A DNA stretch of 64,000 nt from Bdellovibrio sp. (GCA_036676395.1 JAKFCY010000002.1:1216001-1280000); one strand, 5' to 3'. Shown: positions 21,866 through 31,800, counted from the first letter of the stretch. Numbers and translations: made by a program. The notes: generated by a model from the letters alone, not told the origin.

Positions 21866-22659
21866 GTAATTTTGCACCTTCTAATTTACGTAAGACCGTA
21901 CTTGATATGGCCTATTACGGCTCGACGGTTCATGTCCCGTGCGCGTTTTCAATTATTGAAATGGTTTCAGTATTATACGGGAAAACTTTAAATTTAGGAA
22001 AATCCTACGACGATCCAAATCGTGACTTTATGGTTTTAAGCAAAGGCCACGGAGTCATGGCTTTGTATGCTTGTTTTAAAGAATTAGGTTGGTTGCAAGA
22101 TAGTGATATTAAAAATTATTTCAAAGACGGCACCAAATTAAAAGGGTTATCTGATTGTCACGTGCCAGGCCTAGAAGCCACATCAGGTTCGCTTGGCCAT
22201 GGTTTATCAGTCGCCGTTGGTTTGGCGCTGGGGTTAAAATTTAAAAAATCTTCGCAAAAAGTTTTTTGTATTGTTGGCGACGGTGAAAGTAATGAAGGCA
22301 CCATTTGGGAAGCGCTGTTGTTTGCGAGTCACTGGCAATTAGATAATTTGGTAGTGATTTTTGACTGCAATGGTTATCAAGCTATGGGTACTACAGATGA
22401 AGTTATGAACTTGCATTCATTTGCCGCGAAAACTAAAGCTTTTAATTTTGAAACACTTGAGATCAATGGCCACAGCGAAAAAGAACTTTCTGAAGCTTTT
22501 GAGACATTTGCAAAAAGCACATCAAAACAACCGAAGGCTTTAGTGGCTAACACGATTAAAGGTTACGGCGTTAGTTTTATGGAAAAAAACAATACCTGGC
22601 ATTACACCAGACTTAGTAATGAGACCTATGCACAGGCATTGAAAGAGTTGGGGTATTAG
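21862..22659 (+). CDS. Transketolase N-terminal (ThDP-binding) subunit
   Basis: LSKGH, SGSLGHGL, GDGESNEG...N ThDP motif and TIKGYG. Confidence 0.9.
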   Translation: MSNFAPSNLRKTVLDMAYYGSTVHVPCAFSIIEMVSVLYGKTLNLGKSYDDPNRDFMVLSKGHGVMALYACFKELGWLQDSDIKNYFKDGTKLKGLSDCHVPGLEATSGSLGHGLSVAVGLALGLKFKKSSQKVFCIVGDGESNEGTIWEALLFASHWQLDNLVVIFDCNGYQAMGTTDEVMNLHSFAAKTKAFNFETLEINGHSEKELSEAFETFAKSTSKQPKALVANTIKGYGVSFMEKNNTWHYTRLSNETYAQALKELGY

Positions 22660-22663
22660 TTTT

Positions 22664-23572
22664 ATGAGAGAAATGTTTTCACACTGTGTCGTGAATCAAG
22701 TTAAGGCCGATGCTAAGACGTATTTACTAAGCGGCGATCATGGCTATGCGTTGTTTGATTCTTTACGTAAAGAAAAACCAGATCATTTTATTAATGCAGG
22801 TGTGGCCGAACAGAATATGGTTGGCGTCGCTGCAGGTCTTGCGAAATTAGGATTTTATCCGATTATTTATGGGTTAAGTGCATTCGTTCCGGTGCGTGTC
22901 TTAGAACAAATTAAAATCGATTTTTGTTATGAAGAACTTCCAGGATTATTTATCGGCGATGGCGCTGGTTTAGTTTACAGTCACTTAGGAACTTCACACC
23001 AATCAACAGAAGATATTTCAAGTTTACGTGCGGTACCGCATATACAGATTTATTCTCCGTCAGATAAATTCGAACTTGAATACTGTTTTAATATGGCGAT
23101 GCAAACTAAAAAAACTGTTTACTTGCGTATGGGTAAAGCTGATGTGGGTACCGTTCATCAAAAAACTCTGCAAACTGCAGATTTTGCATGGAACATGGGG
23201 CCTTTGTCTGTTGTTAAACATTCACAGGCAAAGACCGCTTATTTTGCTACCGGCTCGATGGTTAAAACTGCGCAAATGTTAGCTGAAGCCAAAGGTTATA
23301 AAGTCGATATTTACAGTGTGCCGTTTATTAAACCTTTCGATAACTCGAAGTACGCTGAACTTTTAGGGCGCTATGAGCACGTGGTCAGTTTTGAAGAACA
23401 TTCTATTTATGGTGGTCTTGGTGATTGTTTAGCTGCAGTAATTGCGAATTTACCAAAAACCTCACTTAAAAAAATCGGTATCGAAGATAAATTTTCTAAT
23501 AAATGTGGAACTTACGATTATCTGATGGTCGAACACGGCTTAGATTTAAACACTTTGATTGAGCGGTTATAG
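22664..23572 (+). CDS. Transketolase C-terminal subunit
   Basis: NAGVAEQNMVGVAAGLA, EQIK, GTSHQ, YLRMGK and EEHSIYGGLG. Confidence 0.9.
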   Translation: MREMFSHCVVNQVKADAKTYLLSGDHGYALFDSLRKEKPDHFINAGVAEQNMVGVAAGLAKLGFYPIIYGLSAFVPVRVLEQIKIDFCYEELPGLFIGDGAGLVYSHLGTSHQSTEDISSLRAVPHIQIYSPSDKFELEYCFNMAMQTKKTVYLRMGKADVGTVHQKTLQTADFAWNMGPLSVVKHSQAKTAYFATGSMVKTAQMLAEAKGYKVDIYSVPFIKPFDNSKYAELLGRYEHVVSFEEHSIYGGLGDCLAAVIANLPKTSLKKIGIEDKFSNKCGTYDYLMVEHGLDLNTLIERL

Positions 23573-23577
23573 CAAAA

Positions 23578-24573
23578 ATGAAAAAAGCGTGTTTAGTCGT
23601 TCATCCTGTTTATCAAAAAAACGAAATTTTTAAACCCAACAGTCGCTTAAACCGCGATAATTGTTTAGCATTTTTTCATGAACTTAAAACTGCTTTTGCA
23701 GCGAAAGGTTATGATTTACAAACAGATGACATGATATCAACTGAATCAGCTGATGTAGTTATTTATAATGAAATGCCCAAACACATTTCAATGGTAGATA
23801 AAAACAAATCAGCAGTGTTGTTGTTTGAAAGTGAGCTTATTCGCTCTGATAACTGGGATTTAAATAATCATAAAAAATTTAAATATATTTTTACCTGGAA
23901 CGATGACTTTGTAGATCATAAAAAATATATTAAGTTTAATTTTACTGATTCTAGCCCGATCAAGTTGAAAACTTTTAAAGAAAAGCAAAAACTTTGCGTT
24001 TTGGTTTCTGGTAATAAATACGTTAGTCATCCAAAAGAGCTTTACTCAAAACGTATCGAAGCTATTCGGTGGTTTGAAAAAAATCATCCGAATGATTTAG
24101 ATTTGTATGGGATGGGCTGGAATTTATACACGTTTAAAATCCCATTATTTTCGCGCGTACTTAATAAGCTGACAAAACTGCGTAAAGTCTTAGGTGCAAA
24201 GTGGGTATTATATAAGGGTGCAGTAGATTCAAAAGCGGACCTTATGCAAAATTATAAATTTTCTATTTGCTATGAGAATGCAGCAGGTATTTCTGGTTAT
24301 ATCACTGAGAAAATATTTGATTCGATGGCGGCAGGTTGTATTCCTGTTTATTGGGGTGCACCTAATATTAAACAGTATGTGCCTGAGTTATGCTTTATAG
24401 ATAAAACCCAATTTAAAACTTACGATGAATTGTATCAGTACTTGATGAGTATGACTGAATCTGAATATGCCAAACGACAACAAGCTATCTCGCAGTATCT
24501 TAAAAGTGAACAACATCGTTTGTTCGAGCCAGCTTATAATGCGGCTGTGATTGCAGAAAATTTAGTAAATTAA
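23578..24573 (+). CDS. Glycosyltransferase family 10 (alpha-1,3/4-fucosyltransferase family)
   Basis: YKFSICYEN...GYITEKIFDSMAAGCIPVYWG is the GT10 signature. Confidence 0.88.
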   Translation: MKKACLVVHPVYQKNEIFKPNSRLNRDNCLAFFHELKTAFAAKGYDLQTDDMISTESADVVIYNEMPKHISMVDKNKSAVLLFESELIRSDNWDLNNHKKFKYIFTWNDDFVDHKKYIKFNFTDSSPIKLKTFKEKQKLCVLVSGNKYVSHPKELYSKRIEAIRWFEKNHPNDLDLYGMGWNLYTFKIPLFSRVLNKLTKLRKVLGAKWVLYKGAVDSKADLMQNYKFSICYENAAGISGYITEKIFDSMAAGCIPVYWGAPNIKQYVPELCFIDKTQFKTYDELYQYLMSMTESEYAKRQQAISQYLKSEQHRLFEPAYNAAVIAENLVN

Positions 24574-25364
24574 AAGCCGATAGCCATTTTAATTTTTTTA
24601 GCTACTTTTTTGGCAAAGTAAAACGCCACATAAGCCCCAAGATGCGGGCTAGTTTTTAAAAAGAAAAGTGAAAGTTTAGCAATATGGTTTAAATCGACCA
24701 CGGCCGAATCGTTTTCGCCGTGTAGGCGAGTGTACATATAGGGTTGGGCCAGCCAGAAAAAAGATCCTTTTTTTACTAGCTTAAGTAAAAACGAAACGTC
24801 TGAATGCCTGCCTCCATCTTTTGGATCAAGCTGTGAATCGCCGATAGCAGATGTTTTGTAAATATAAGAAGGAAACGCTGTGTGACTTAGGCGTTTAAAA
24901 ACATAACGTTTAATCAATTGGCTCTGCGAATGAATCACTAAGTTTTCTTTTATATAAGGACTAAGCAGTAAATCGGTCTTAACAGTTGTTTTAATGACAG
25001 TCGCGTTGCAAGCAACAGCGATGCAGCTTGGGTTAAGTTCAAACTGGCGCATCATCTGTGTTATCGCCTGGGGCATTAGAATATCATCATCATGAAAAAG
25101 CATAGCATACTCATAGCTTTGCACTTCTTTAAGTACAGTATTGAAATGCTGAAGCGAAGGCAGACTTGGAGATCTTTTGATTACTTTTATGTTTTTGTAA
25201 CTAGGTTGTGTTTCTAGCAGACGGGTGACTTTATCATTTGTGCTATTTTCAGAGATGATAAGGTCAAAATCTTTGTAGTCTTGCGCCAAAATAGAATCAA
25301 GTGCTTCACCAATGTATTCAGGTCGATTGTAGCTTAGTAAGTAGATAACCAGTTTTTTTTGCAT
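24570..25364 (-). CDS. Glycosyltransferase family 2
   Basis: SYNRPEY, IISENS and FHDDD; paralog of 3470..4324. Confidence 0.85.
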   Translation of the reverse strand: MQKKLVIYLLSYNRPEYIGEALDSILAQDYKDFDLIISENSTNDKVTRLLETQPSYKNIKVIKRSPSLPSLQHFNTVLKEVQSYEYAMLFHDDDILMPQAITQMMRQFELNPSCIAVACNATVIKTTVKTDLLLSPYIKENLVIHSQSQLIKRYVFKRLSHTAFPSYIYKTSAIGDSQLDPKDGGRHSDVSFLLKLVKKGSFFWLAQPYMYTRLHGENDSAVVDLNHIAKLSLFFLKTSPHLGAYVAFYFAKKVAKKIKMAIGF

Positions 25365-25372
25365 GATTTTAA

Positions 25373-26314
25373 TTACATCTTACTTTTCATCAGTCTTACA
25401 AGGTCATTTAATGAATCTGGTGGATACTTTAAAATTTCTAAGTTTGTTTGTGAGGTGTAGCCACAGTCTGGTGCTATTAAATTCAACTTATAGTGTGCGG
25501 CTTCATATAAAGGTAAATATAACGATTCATAAAGACTAGTCGCCACAAAAGTTTCAGATTCAAGAAGTAATGTCGCTAATTCTACGCGCGTGATTTTATA
25601 TTTTATCGTTAGCGTAATGTTTTTAAGATTAACCGGCGTGAATGTTCCAGTGGCAGCTGCATCTAAAATAATAACCACATTAATGTGCTGATTTAAATCT
25701 TGATCTAAGGTTTTCAAAGCATCAACAAAAAGCGATAGTCTTTTATGCTTAGAAAAACTACTAATCGTTATAAATTTGTTTTTCTTCTCTTTAGCTTGGA
25801 CTTCAGGAAATTTTGGCAAGATAAGATGAATTTTAGCTGGTAACTTCGGAAACACTTTTTCACAGATTTGTTTCATCCAAGGTGTTTGCACCCAGATCTC
25901 ATCTACATTTTTTGTAAATGTTCGTAAGATCCATTTTTCTATAGTTAGGCGTAAAGTTTGTTTTAGCGAATCTTTCGGAAGCGGAGCTTCGCCAGTTAAA
26001 TAGCAGTTTTGCAGATACAAAAAAGACTTCAATTTTGAGCGTTTAAATGGAGGAAGGTTGCCAAAGAACAGAACCGAAGAATTTTTTAGATTCAGCTTTT
26101 TGATTAAACTGTGTAATTGCAGCTCGGCAGTGAGCCTGCCCCAGATAGTCGGGCGCACCCTGACGACCATGACCGATTCCGGAAGATTAATTGGCAGAAG
26201 ATAGCGCTCATCAATAAATAGGGCTTCAAGGGGGGCGAAGAGCGATTCGGTCAGAATTGCATCAAGTAATACTTTGCCTCCGCCTGTATGCAGATTTATT
26301 GCGTATATAATCAT
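25373..26314 (-). CDS. Glycosyltransferase (GT4-like)
   Basis: Start MIIYAINLHTGGGKVLL at 26314; VQTPWM, HK and SLYESLYLPLYEA (EX7E). Confidence 0.75.
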   Translation of the reverse strand: MIIYAINLHTGGGKVLLDAILTESLFAPLEALFIDERYLLPINLPESVMVVRVRPTIWGRLTAELQLHSLIKKLNLKNSSVLFFGNLPPFKRSKLKSFLYLQNCYLTGEAPLPKDSLKQTLRLTIEKWILRTFTKNVDEIWVQTPWMKQICEKVFPKLPAKIHLILPKFPEVQAKEKKNKFITISSFSKHKRLSLFVDALKTLDQDLNQHINVVIILDAAATGTFTPVNLKNITLTIKYKITRVELATLLLESETFVATSLYESLYLPLYEAAHYKLNLIAPDCGYTSQTNLEILKYPPDSLNDLVRLMKSKM

Positions 26315-26369
26315 TCTATGAAAATATATTAATAGTTTAAATAATGGAATATTTAATAAGGGCGAATTT

Positions 26370-27584
26370 TTGAAAGTTATCATATTTGCAAACGTATTTT
26401 GGCCAGAACAGTTTCTGATTAATAATCTAGCAACACATCTCGAGGCTCAAGGGCATGTTGTCACTGCCTATACGGGGCTTCCGCATTATCCTGCGGGGCG
26501 ATTTTTTCCGGGCTATTCATTGTTAAATGGCCCGTATGTTCAGAAGACTGAGTTTGGCACAATCATCCGTTACCCGATGATTCCGCGTTTTAAACATTTC
26601 GTTTTTTTAGCTCTTAATTATTTTTCAAATTTGATTTCTGCGATCTTAAACCTTTGGCGTTTACCTAAGGCTGATGTTTATTTTGTTTTCGCAGTTTCAC
26701 CGATTTTTAAGGTGATACCGGCAATAATTTTACGTTTTTTTACGAAAAGACCAGTCGTGGTTTGGTATCAAGATTTGTGGCCAGATAGTTTTTTTGCCGT
26801 GACTAAAATTAGCCAACGCGGAATTTTAGCGTCTGCGCTAAAGTCGATTACTCGGTGGATTTATAAAAAAGTCGATTGCATGCTGATTCAAAGTGAAGCT
26901 TTTCGCTCTGAGTTATTAAAAGCTGGTTATGATAAACCTATATATTACGTACCTAACTGGGCTAGTGCATCAGTTAAGAGTGTCGGCGAACCTGAATGGC
27001 TGAAGCTTATTCCTCCGGGTAAAAAAACTTTAACTTTTGCAGGTAATATCGGTCATGCGCAGGGTTTGGATGTAGTGCTGCGAGTGATGAGTCAGCTAAA
27101 ACAAACTAACCTGCAATTAGTCATTGTCGGCGATGGCAGTGCGAAAACCGAACTTGAAAAAACAGCCCAGAACTTGGGATTAACTAATGTTTTATTTTTA
27201 GGACGCCGACCTTCAGAAGACATGTCTGCATTATTTGCAAAGAGTGATTTTTTATTGGTTTCGTTAAAAAAAGATTATTTATTTTCATTAGTTATTCCAT
27301 CAAAAGTGCAAGCTTATATGCAAGCTGGTAAACCGGTGGTCGCCTTTCTAGATGGTGAAGGTGCTCGCGTTGTTACTGAAGCAAAATGTGGTGTGAGCGC
27401 AGTTGCTGAAGACCCTCATTCTTTAGTAAATGCTTTGAATGCGTTACTTAAGGCCGATACTACGAAGTTAGAAGTTATGGGTTCAGCTGGGCGAGTTTAT
27501 TTTGAAAAGAATTTCACCGAAGCCAAAGTGATGTCTCAGATTGAAGAAATTTTACAAGATTTTAGCCAAAAGGAAGTAAAATGA
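26370..27584 (+). CDS. wbuB: WbuB-like GT4 (L-FucNAc/L-QuiNAc transferase)
   Basis: FWPE, GLPHYP, QDLWPD, FAGNIGHAQ and IPSKVQAYM; adjacent to fnl/qnl genes. Confidence 0.8.
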   Translation: MKVIIFANVFWPEQFLINNLATHLEAQGHVVTAYTGLPHYPAGRFFPGYSLLNGPYVQKTEFGTIIRYPMIPRFKHFVFLALNYFSNLISAILNLWRLPKADVYFVFAVSPIFKVIPAIILRFFTKRPVVVWYQDLWPDSFFAVTKISQRGILASALKSITRWIYKKVDCMLIQSEAFRSELLKAGYDKPIYYVPNWASASVKSVGEPEWLKLIPPGKKTLTFAGNIGHAQGLDVVLRVMSQLKQTNLQLVIVGDGSAKTELEKTAQNLGLTNVLFLGRRPSEDMSALFAKSDFLLVSLKKDYLFSLVIPSKVQAYMQAGKPVVAFLDGEGARVVTEAKCGVSAVAEDPHSLVNALNALLKADTTKLEVMGSAGRVYFEKNFTEAKVMSQIEEILQDFSQKEVK

Positions 27585-28450
27585 AAATTTTAGTGTTCGG
27601 TGCCAGCGGTATGATAGGGCATCAAATGTGGTACAAGCTGAATAAAGAATTTCCTGGTCATGTGTATGGTACAGTTAGGCAGTCTTTGAATCACTATGAA
27701 CAATTTAAAATATTTGATTCTAAGTATTTGATTCCCAATTTGGATGCGACTGATTTTGCCAAAGTCTTACAGGTGCTTGATCAAGTAAAGCCTGATGTGG
27801 TGTTAAATTGCATAGGTATCACTTTGCGAAAGCCTGAGGCCAAAAATTTAGAACTATGTACAGAGGTTAACTCGCTATTTCCCCAGCGCTTAGATAAATG
27901 GGCTGCGCAGCATCAAAAACGTCTTATTCATTTTAGCACCGACTGTGTTTTTGCAGGTAGTGACGGCATGTACTCTGAAACTTCGATTCCGGATGCTCAG
28001 GATATTTACGGAAAGACCAAATTTTTAGGTGAAGTTTCGGGAAGCCATTCGCTGACACTGCGATGTCCGATTATTGGTCGCGAAATCGAAGGAAAAACCG
28101 AGCTTGTCGAGTGGTTTTTGAAACAAAAAAATAACAAAATTAAAGGTTACGCCAATGCCATTTATAGTGGGATCACAAGCGCCGAGATGGCCCGCCAAAT
28201 TATTTTAATTATTCGTAAGTTTTCGAATTTAACAGGTCTTTATCAGATCTCGGCTGCGCCGATCAGTAAGTATGAGCTTTTACAGTTGTTAAATCAAATT
28301 TCTGGCCTTGGTGTAACCATAGATAAAGACGAAGGTTATAGTACTAATAAAAGCTTGGATTCTAAAAAATATCGACAAGTGACTGGTTATGTTCCACCAT
28401 TATGGAGTGCGATGTTAACTGAAATGATGGAAGAGAAGTTTTATGACTAG
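27581..28450 (+). CDS. RmlD-like SDR reductase (QnlA/WbvR-like)
   Basis: GASGMIG, NCIG, HFSTDCVF, YGKTK and LVEWFL; 289 aa with no cupin domain. Confidence 0.8.
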   Translation: MKILVFGASGMIGHQMWYKLNKEFPGHVYGTVRQSLNHYEQFKIFDSKYLIPNLDATDFAKVLQVLDQVKPDVVLNCIGITLRKPEAKNLELCTEVNSLFPQRLDKWAAQHQKRLIHFSTDCVFAGSDGMYSETSIPDAQDIYGKTKFLGEVSGSHSLTLRCPIIGREIEGKTELVEWFLKQKNNKIKGYANAIYSGITSAEMARQIILIIRKFSNLTGLYQISAAPISKYELLQLLNQISGLGVTIDKDEGYSTNKSLDSKKYRQVTGYVPPLWSAMLTEMMEEKFYD

Positions 28451-29522
28451 TAATACATTTTTTAATAATAAAACGATTTTAGTTACTGGTGGCACTGGCT
28501 CAATGGGTAAAACTTTTGTGCGCCGAGTTTTGTCTGGCGAAATGGGCACCCCGAAAAAAATCATCGTCTTATCGCGTGACGAAGGCAAACAGCATAATAT
28601 GCGGTTAAGTTACCTGAATAAACAAAGCTCGACAGATGAGACTGTTTATAACAACTTTAAAAACCTATTAGAATTTCGCATTGGTGATGTTCGTAATTTT
28701 TCTGATGTCGTATCGGCGCTAAAAACTGTAGACATTGTTATCAATGCAGCAGCGTTAAAACAAGTTCCAAGCTGTGAATATTTTCCTGAACAAGCGATGA
28801 TGACAAACTGTCTTGGTGCTTACAACATTGTACGTGCTATTCGCGAGCACGATATTCCGGTTCACACAGTGGTGGGCGTATCTACCGATAAAGCATGCAA
28901 ACCAATTAATGCTATGGGTATGACGAAAGCTTTGCAGGAACGAATTTTTATTTCGGCAAATATTTTAAAACCTTCAACACGTTATTTATGCGTTCGTTAC
29001 GGCAATGTTTTAGCAAGCCGTGGTTCGGTGATTCCGTTGTTTCATGATCAAATTAAAAATGGCGCAGCAGTTACAATCACCGATGTGGGAATGACTCGAT
29101 TTTTATTATCATTAAATCATGCTGTAGATACGGTTTTCAAAGCTTTACTTGATGGTAAGGCTGGTGAAATTATTGTTCCGCGCGCGCCAGCGGCGTTAAT
29201 GACTGATGTGGCTAAAGTTTTAATTGGCGATCGAAAAATTGAAACTAAAATTACAGGGATTCGCCCTGGTGAAAAGCTTCACGAGATTATGGTTTCTGAT
29301 GAAGAAGCGCCCTACGTTGAAGCCCGTGGTGATTATTTTGCAATTCGCCCGATGCTTCCTGAATTAAATCCAGAAGGCGCTAACGCCAAATCGCCATTGA
29401 AAAAGGAATTTTCGTCGGGCGACACCTTGCTGGATACAGCAGGAACAAAAGCGTTATTAACAAAACATAAATTATTGGTCGAAGATCAGCCAGGGTTTTC
29501 TGACGACGAGATGTTGAGGTAG
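28443..29522 (+). CDS. fnlA: UDP-GlcNAc 4,6-dehydratase/5-epimerase (FnlA/WbjB/CapE)
   Basis: TGGTGS, SRDEGKQ, AAALKQVPSCE, STDKACKPINAMG, RYGNVLASRGSV and GIRPGEKLHE. Confidence 0.9.
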   Translation: MTSNTFFNNKTILVTGGTGSMGKTFVRRVLSGEMGTPKKIIVLSRDEGKQHNMRLSYLNKQSSTDETVYNNFKNLLEFRIGDVRNFSDVVSALKTVDIVINAAALKQVPSCEYFPEQAMMTNCLGAYNIVRAIREHDIPVHTVVGVSTDKACKPINAMGMTKALQERIFISANILKPSTRYLCVRYGNVLASRGSVIPLFHDQIKNGAAVTITDVGMTRFLLSLNHAVDTVFKALLDGKAGEIIVPRAPAALMTDVAKVLIGDRKIETKITGIRPGEKLHEIMVSDEEAPYVEARGDYFAIRPMLPELNPEGANAKSPLKKEFSSGDTLLDTAGTKALLTKHKLLVEDQPGFSDDEMLR

Positions 29523-29526
29523 TTTT

Positions 29527-30639
29527 ATGAAAGTAATGACCATTGTAGGCACTAGACCCGAGATTATTAAACTGAGCCGTATTCTGACATTACTTGATAA
29601 ATCAGTAGATCATGTTTTAGTTCATAGCGGACAAAATTATGACTATGAGTTAAATGAAGTTTTTTTTAAAGATTTAGAATTAAGAAAACCAGATTATTTT
29701 TTAAATGCCGCAGGTGAAACTGCCACTGAAACTATCGCTAAAGTTATCGCTGAAAGCGATAAAGTGATGGAAAAAGAAAAGCCAGATGCTATTTTGCTTT
29801 ATGGTGATACAAATTCTTGCTTAAGCGTTATTGCCGCGAAAAAACGTAAGATTCCAATTTTTCATATGGAAGCAGGAAATCGTTGTTTTGATCAACGTGT
29901 GCCTGAAGAAATTAACCGTAAAATTGTAGATCATTTAGCAGATATTAATATGCCGCTTTCAGAACATGCACGCCAATATCTAATTCGTGAAGGTGTGCCA
30001 GCTGACCGGATAATCAAAACGGGCAGCTGTATGCGCGAAATTTTTGAATACTTCGGGCCAAAAATTGAAGCTTCAGGTATTTTTAAGACTTTAAACGTCA
30101 AAGCAAAAGAGTATATTCTAGTCAGTATACACCGTGAAGAAAATGTGGATTACCCAGAGAATTTCACAAACTTGATCGAATCTTTAAATGTTTTAGCTAA
30201 AGAGTTAAATAAAAGAGTTCTGGTTTCAACACATCCAAGAACGAAGAAAAAGCTCGATGCTTTAACTGATGTTAAAATGAATTCACAAGTTGAATTTTTA
30301 AAGCCCTTTGGCTTTTTAGATTACAATAAATTGCAAAAATACGCTTACTGTGTGGTTTCTGATAGCGGAACAATTACTGAAGAAGCGAGTCTTTTAAAAA
30401 TGCCAGCCATCATGATTCGTAATGCTCACGAAAGACCAGAGGGTATGGATGAGGGCATCGTTATCATGTCGGGCACTGACCCAAAAGATATTCTTCAGGC
30501 AGTTAAGGTGGCAGTATCTTGCAAGCTGACGCGCGATATCCCGGATTATGATAATAACAACGTTTCAGAACAAGTCTTAAAAATTATTTTAAGCTATGTT
30601 CATTTTGTAAATCGCGTGGTCTGGCGCAAAACAACATAA
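29527..30639 (+). CDS. UDP-2-acetamido-2,6-dideoxyhexose 2-epimerase (FnlC/QnlB/WbjD/CapG)
   Basis: GTRPEIIK, GQNYDYELN, HMEAGNRCFDQRVPEEINRKIVDH, HREENVD and SDSGTITEE. Confidence 0.9.
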   Translation: MKVMTIVGTRPEIIKLSRILTLLDKSVDHVLVHSGQNYDYELNEVFFKDLELRKPDYFLNAAGETATETIAKVIAESDKVMEKEKPDAILLYGDTNSCLSVIAAKKRKIPIFHMEAGNRCFDQRVPEEINRKIVDHLADINMPLSEHARQYLIREGVPADRIIKTGSCMREIFEYFGPKIEASGIFKTLNVKAKEYILVSIHREENVDYPENFTNLIESLNVLAKELNKRVLVSTHPRTKKKLDALTDVKMNSQVEFLKPFGFLDYNKLQKYAYCVVSDSGTITEEASLLKMPAIMIRNAHERPEGMDEGIVIMSGTDPKDILQAVKVAVSCKLTRDIPDYDNNNVSEQVLKIILSYVHFVNRVVWRKTT

Positions 30640-30642
30640 AGC

Positions 30643-31734
30643 ATGAATTTATATCAATTATTTAATAATTTTTATTTTCTTAACTTTTTCGTTTTCGTCT
30701 TAGCTTTGTCGATCACTTTTTTTGTTATTCCTGCGGTTATTCGCGTGGCTCATTTAAAACACCTTGTTGATGAGCCCGATAAAGACCGAAAAACACACGC
30801 AGGTCGAATTCCAAATCTGGGTGGTATCGCTATTTTTGCAGGTCTTATTATTGCATTTTCAATGTCACGCGATTTGCAGAACTTATTAGATGTAAAATAC
30901 TTAGTGCCGGCACTTATTGTGTTATTTTTTGCTGGCATTATGGATGATATTTTAGATTTAAGCCCACTTAAAAAATTGTTTGCGCAATTAATTAGCGCAT
31001 TTTTAATCGCATTCTTGGGTAATATTAAAATTAACAGTTTTTATGGGATGTTCGGGTTACAAGAAATCCCATCGGCAGTTGCAGTCATTTTTACGATCAT
31101 GGTTATTGTGACAATTATTAACTGTTACAATCTTATTGATGGAATCGACGGTCTTGCCGGAAGCCAAGGCATGTTATCGGCAATCACTTTTGGCACTTGG
31201 TTTTTGCTGACCGGGCATTGGTCATTGGCTTTTTTATCGTTTGCTTTAGCGGGTAGTTTATTAGGCTTTTTATTATTTAACTGGCCTCCGGCAAAGATTT
31301 TTATGGGAGATACCGGAGCCATGCTTATTGGCTTTATTCTTTCAGTGCTTTCTATTCATTTTATTGAATTAAATAAAGCACTAAGCATTACGCGGTTGTA
31401 CTGGGTGCATGCGTCTACAAGTGTTGCGATTGGTATTATGGCTATACCAATTTTTGATATGCTACGGGTGTTTGGCTTGCGGGTTTTACATCGTCGTTCG
31501 CCGTTTAAGCCAGATAGAACTCACTTGCACCATATTTTGATAGATTTAGGTTTAAGTCATCGCCAAGTATCTTCGTTGTTATTTGTTTGGGGTAGTTTGG
31601 TTATTTTATTGTGTATAATATTGCGAGATTTTAAGTCATCTAATCTTTTACTAGTGTTGATCGGGATAGTATTTGTTCCGTCGATGATTTTGTTGAAAAT
31701 TAGAAACAAGAAGATCGTAAAATCACAGACCTAG
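30643..31734 (+). CDS. wecA: Undecaprenyl-phosphate GlcNAc-1-phosphate transferase (WecA/MraY family)
   Basis: PNLGG, GIMDD, NLIDGIDGL, FNWPPAKIFMGDTG and DRTHLHH. Confidence 0.9.
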   Translation: MNLYQLFNNFYFLNFFVFVLALSITFFVIPAVIRVAHLKHLVDEPDKDRKTHAGRIPNLGGIAIFAGLIIAFSMSRDLQNLLDVKYLVPALIVLFFAGIMDDILDLSPLKKLFAQLISAFLIAFLGNIKINSFYGMFGLQEIPSAVAVIFTIMVIVTIINCYNLIDGIDGLAGSQGMLSAITFGTWFLLTGHWSLAFLSFALAGSLLGFLLFNWPPAKIFMGDTGAMLIGFILSVLSIHFIELNKALSITRLYWVHASTSVAIGIMAIPIFDMLRVFGLRVLHRRSPFKPDRTHLHHILIDLGLSHRQVSSLLFVWGSLVILLCIILRDFKSSNLLLVLIGIVFVPSMILLKIRNKKIVKSQT

Positions 31735-31800
31735 ACTAGACCAGGCAAGCTTAAGCAAAATGATGCAAGACCATTTTTTATTGCTTAGACTTTGAAGGGT

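Noticed and set aside
21862..23572. Frameshifted transketolase pseudogene
   Set aside because: Both halves are intact with their own starts and match the common two-subunit transketolase organisation.
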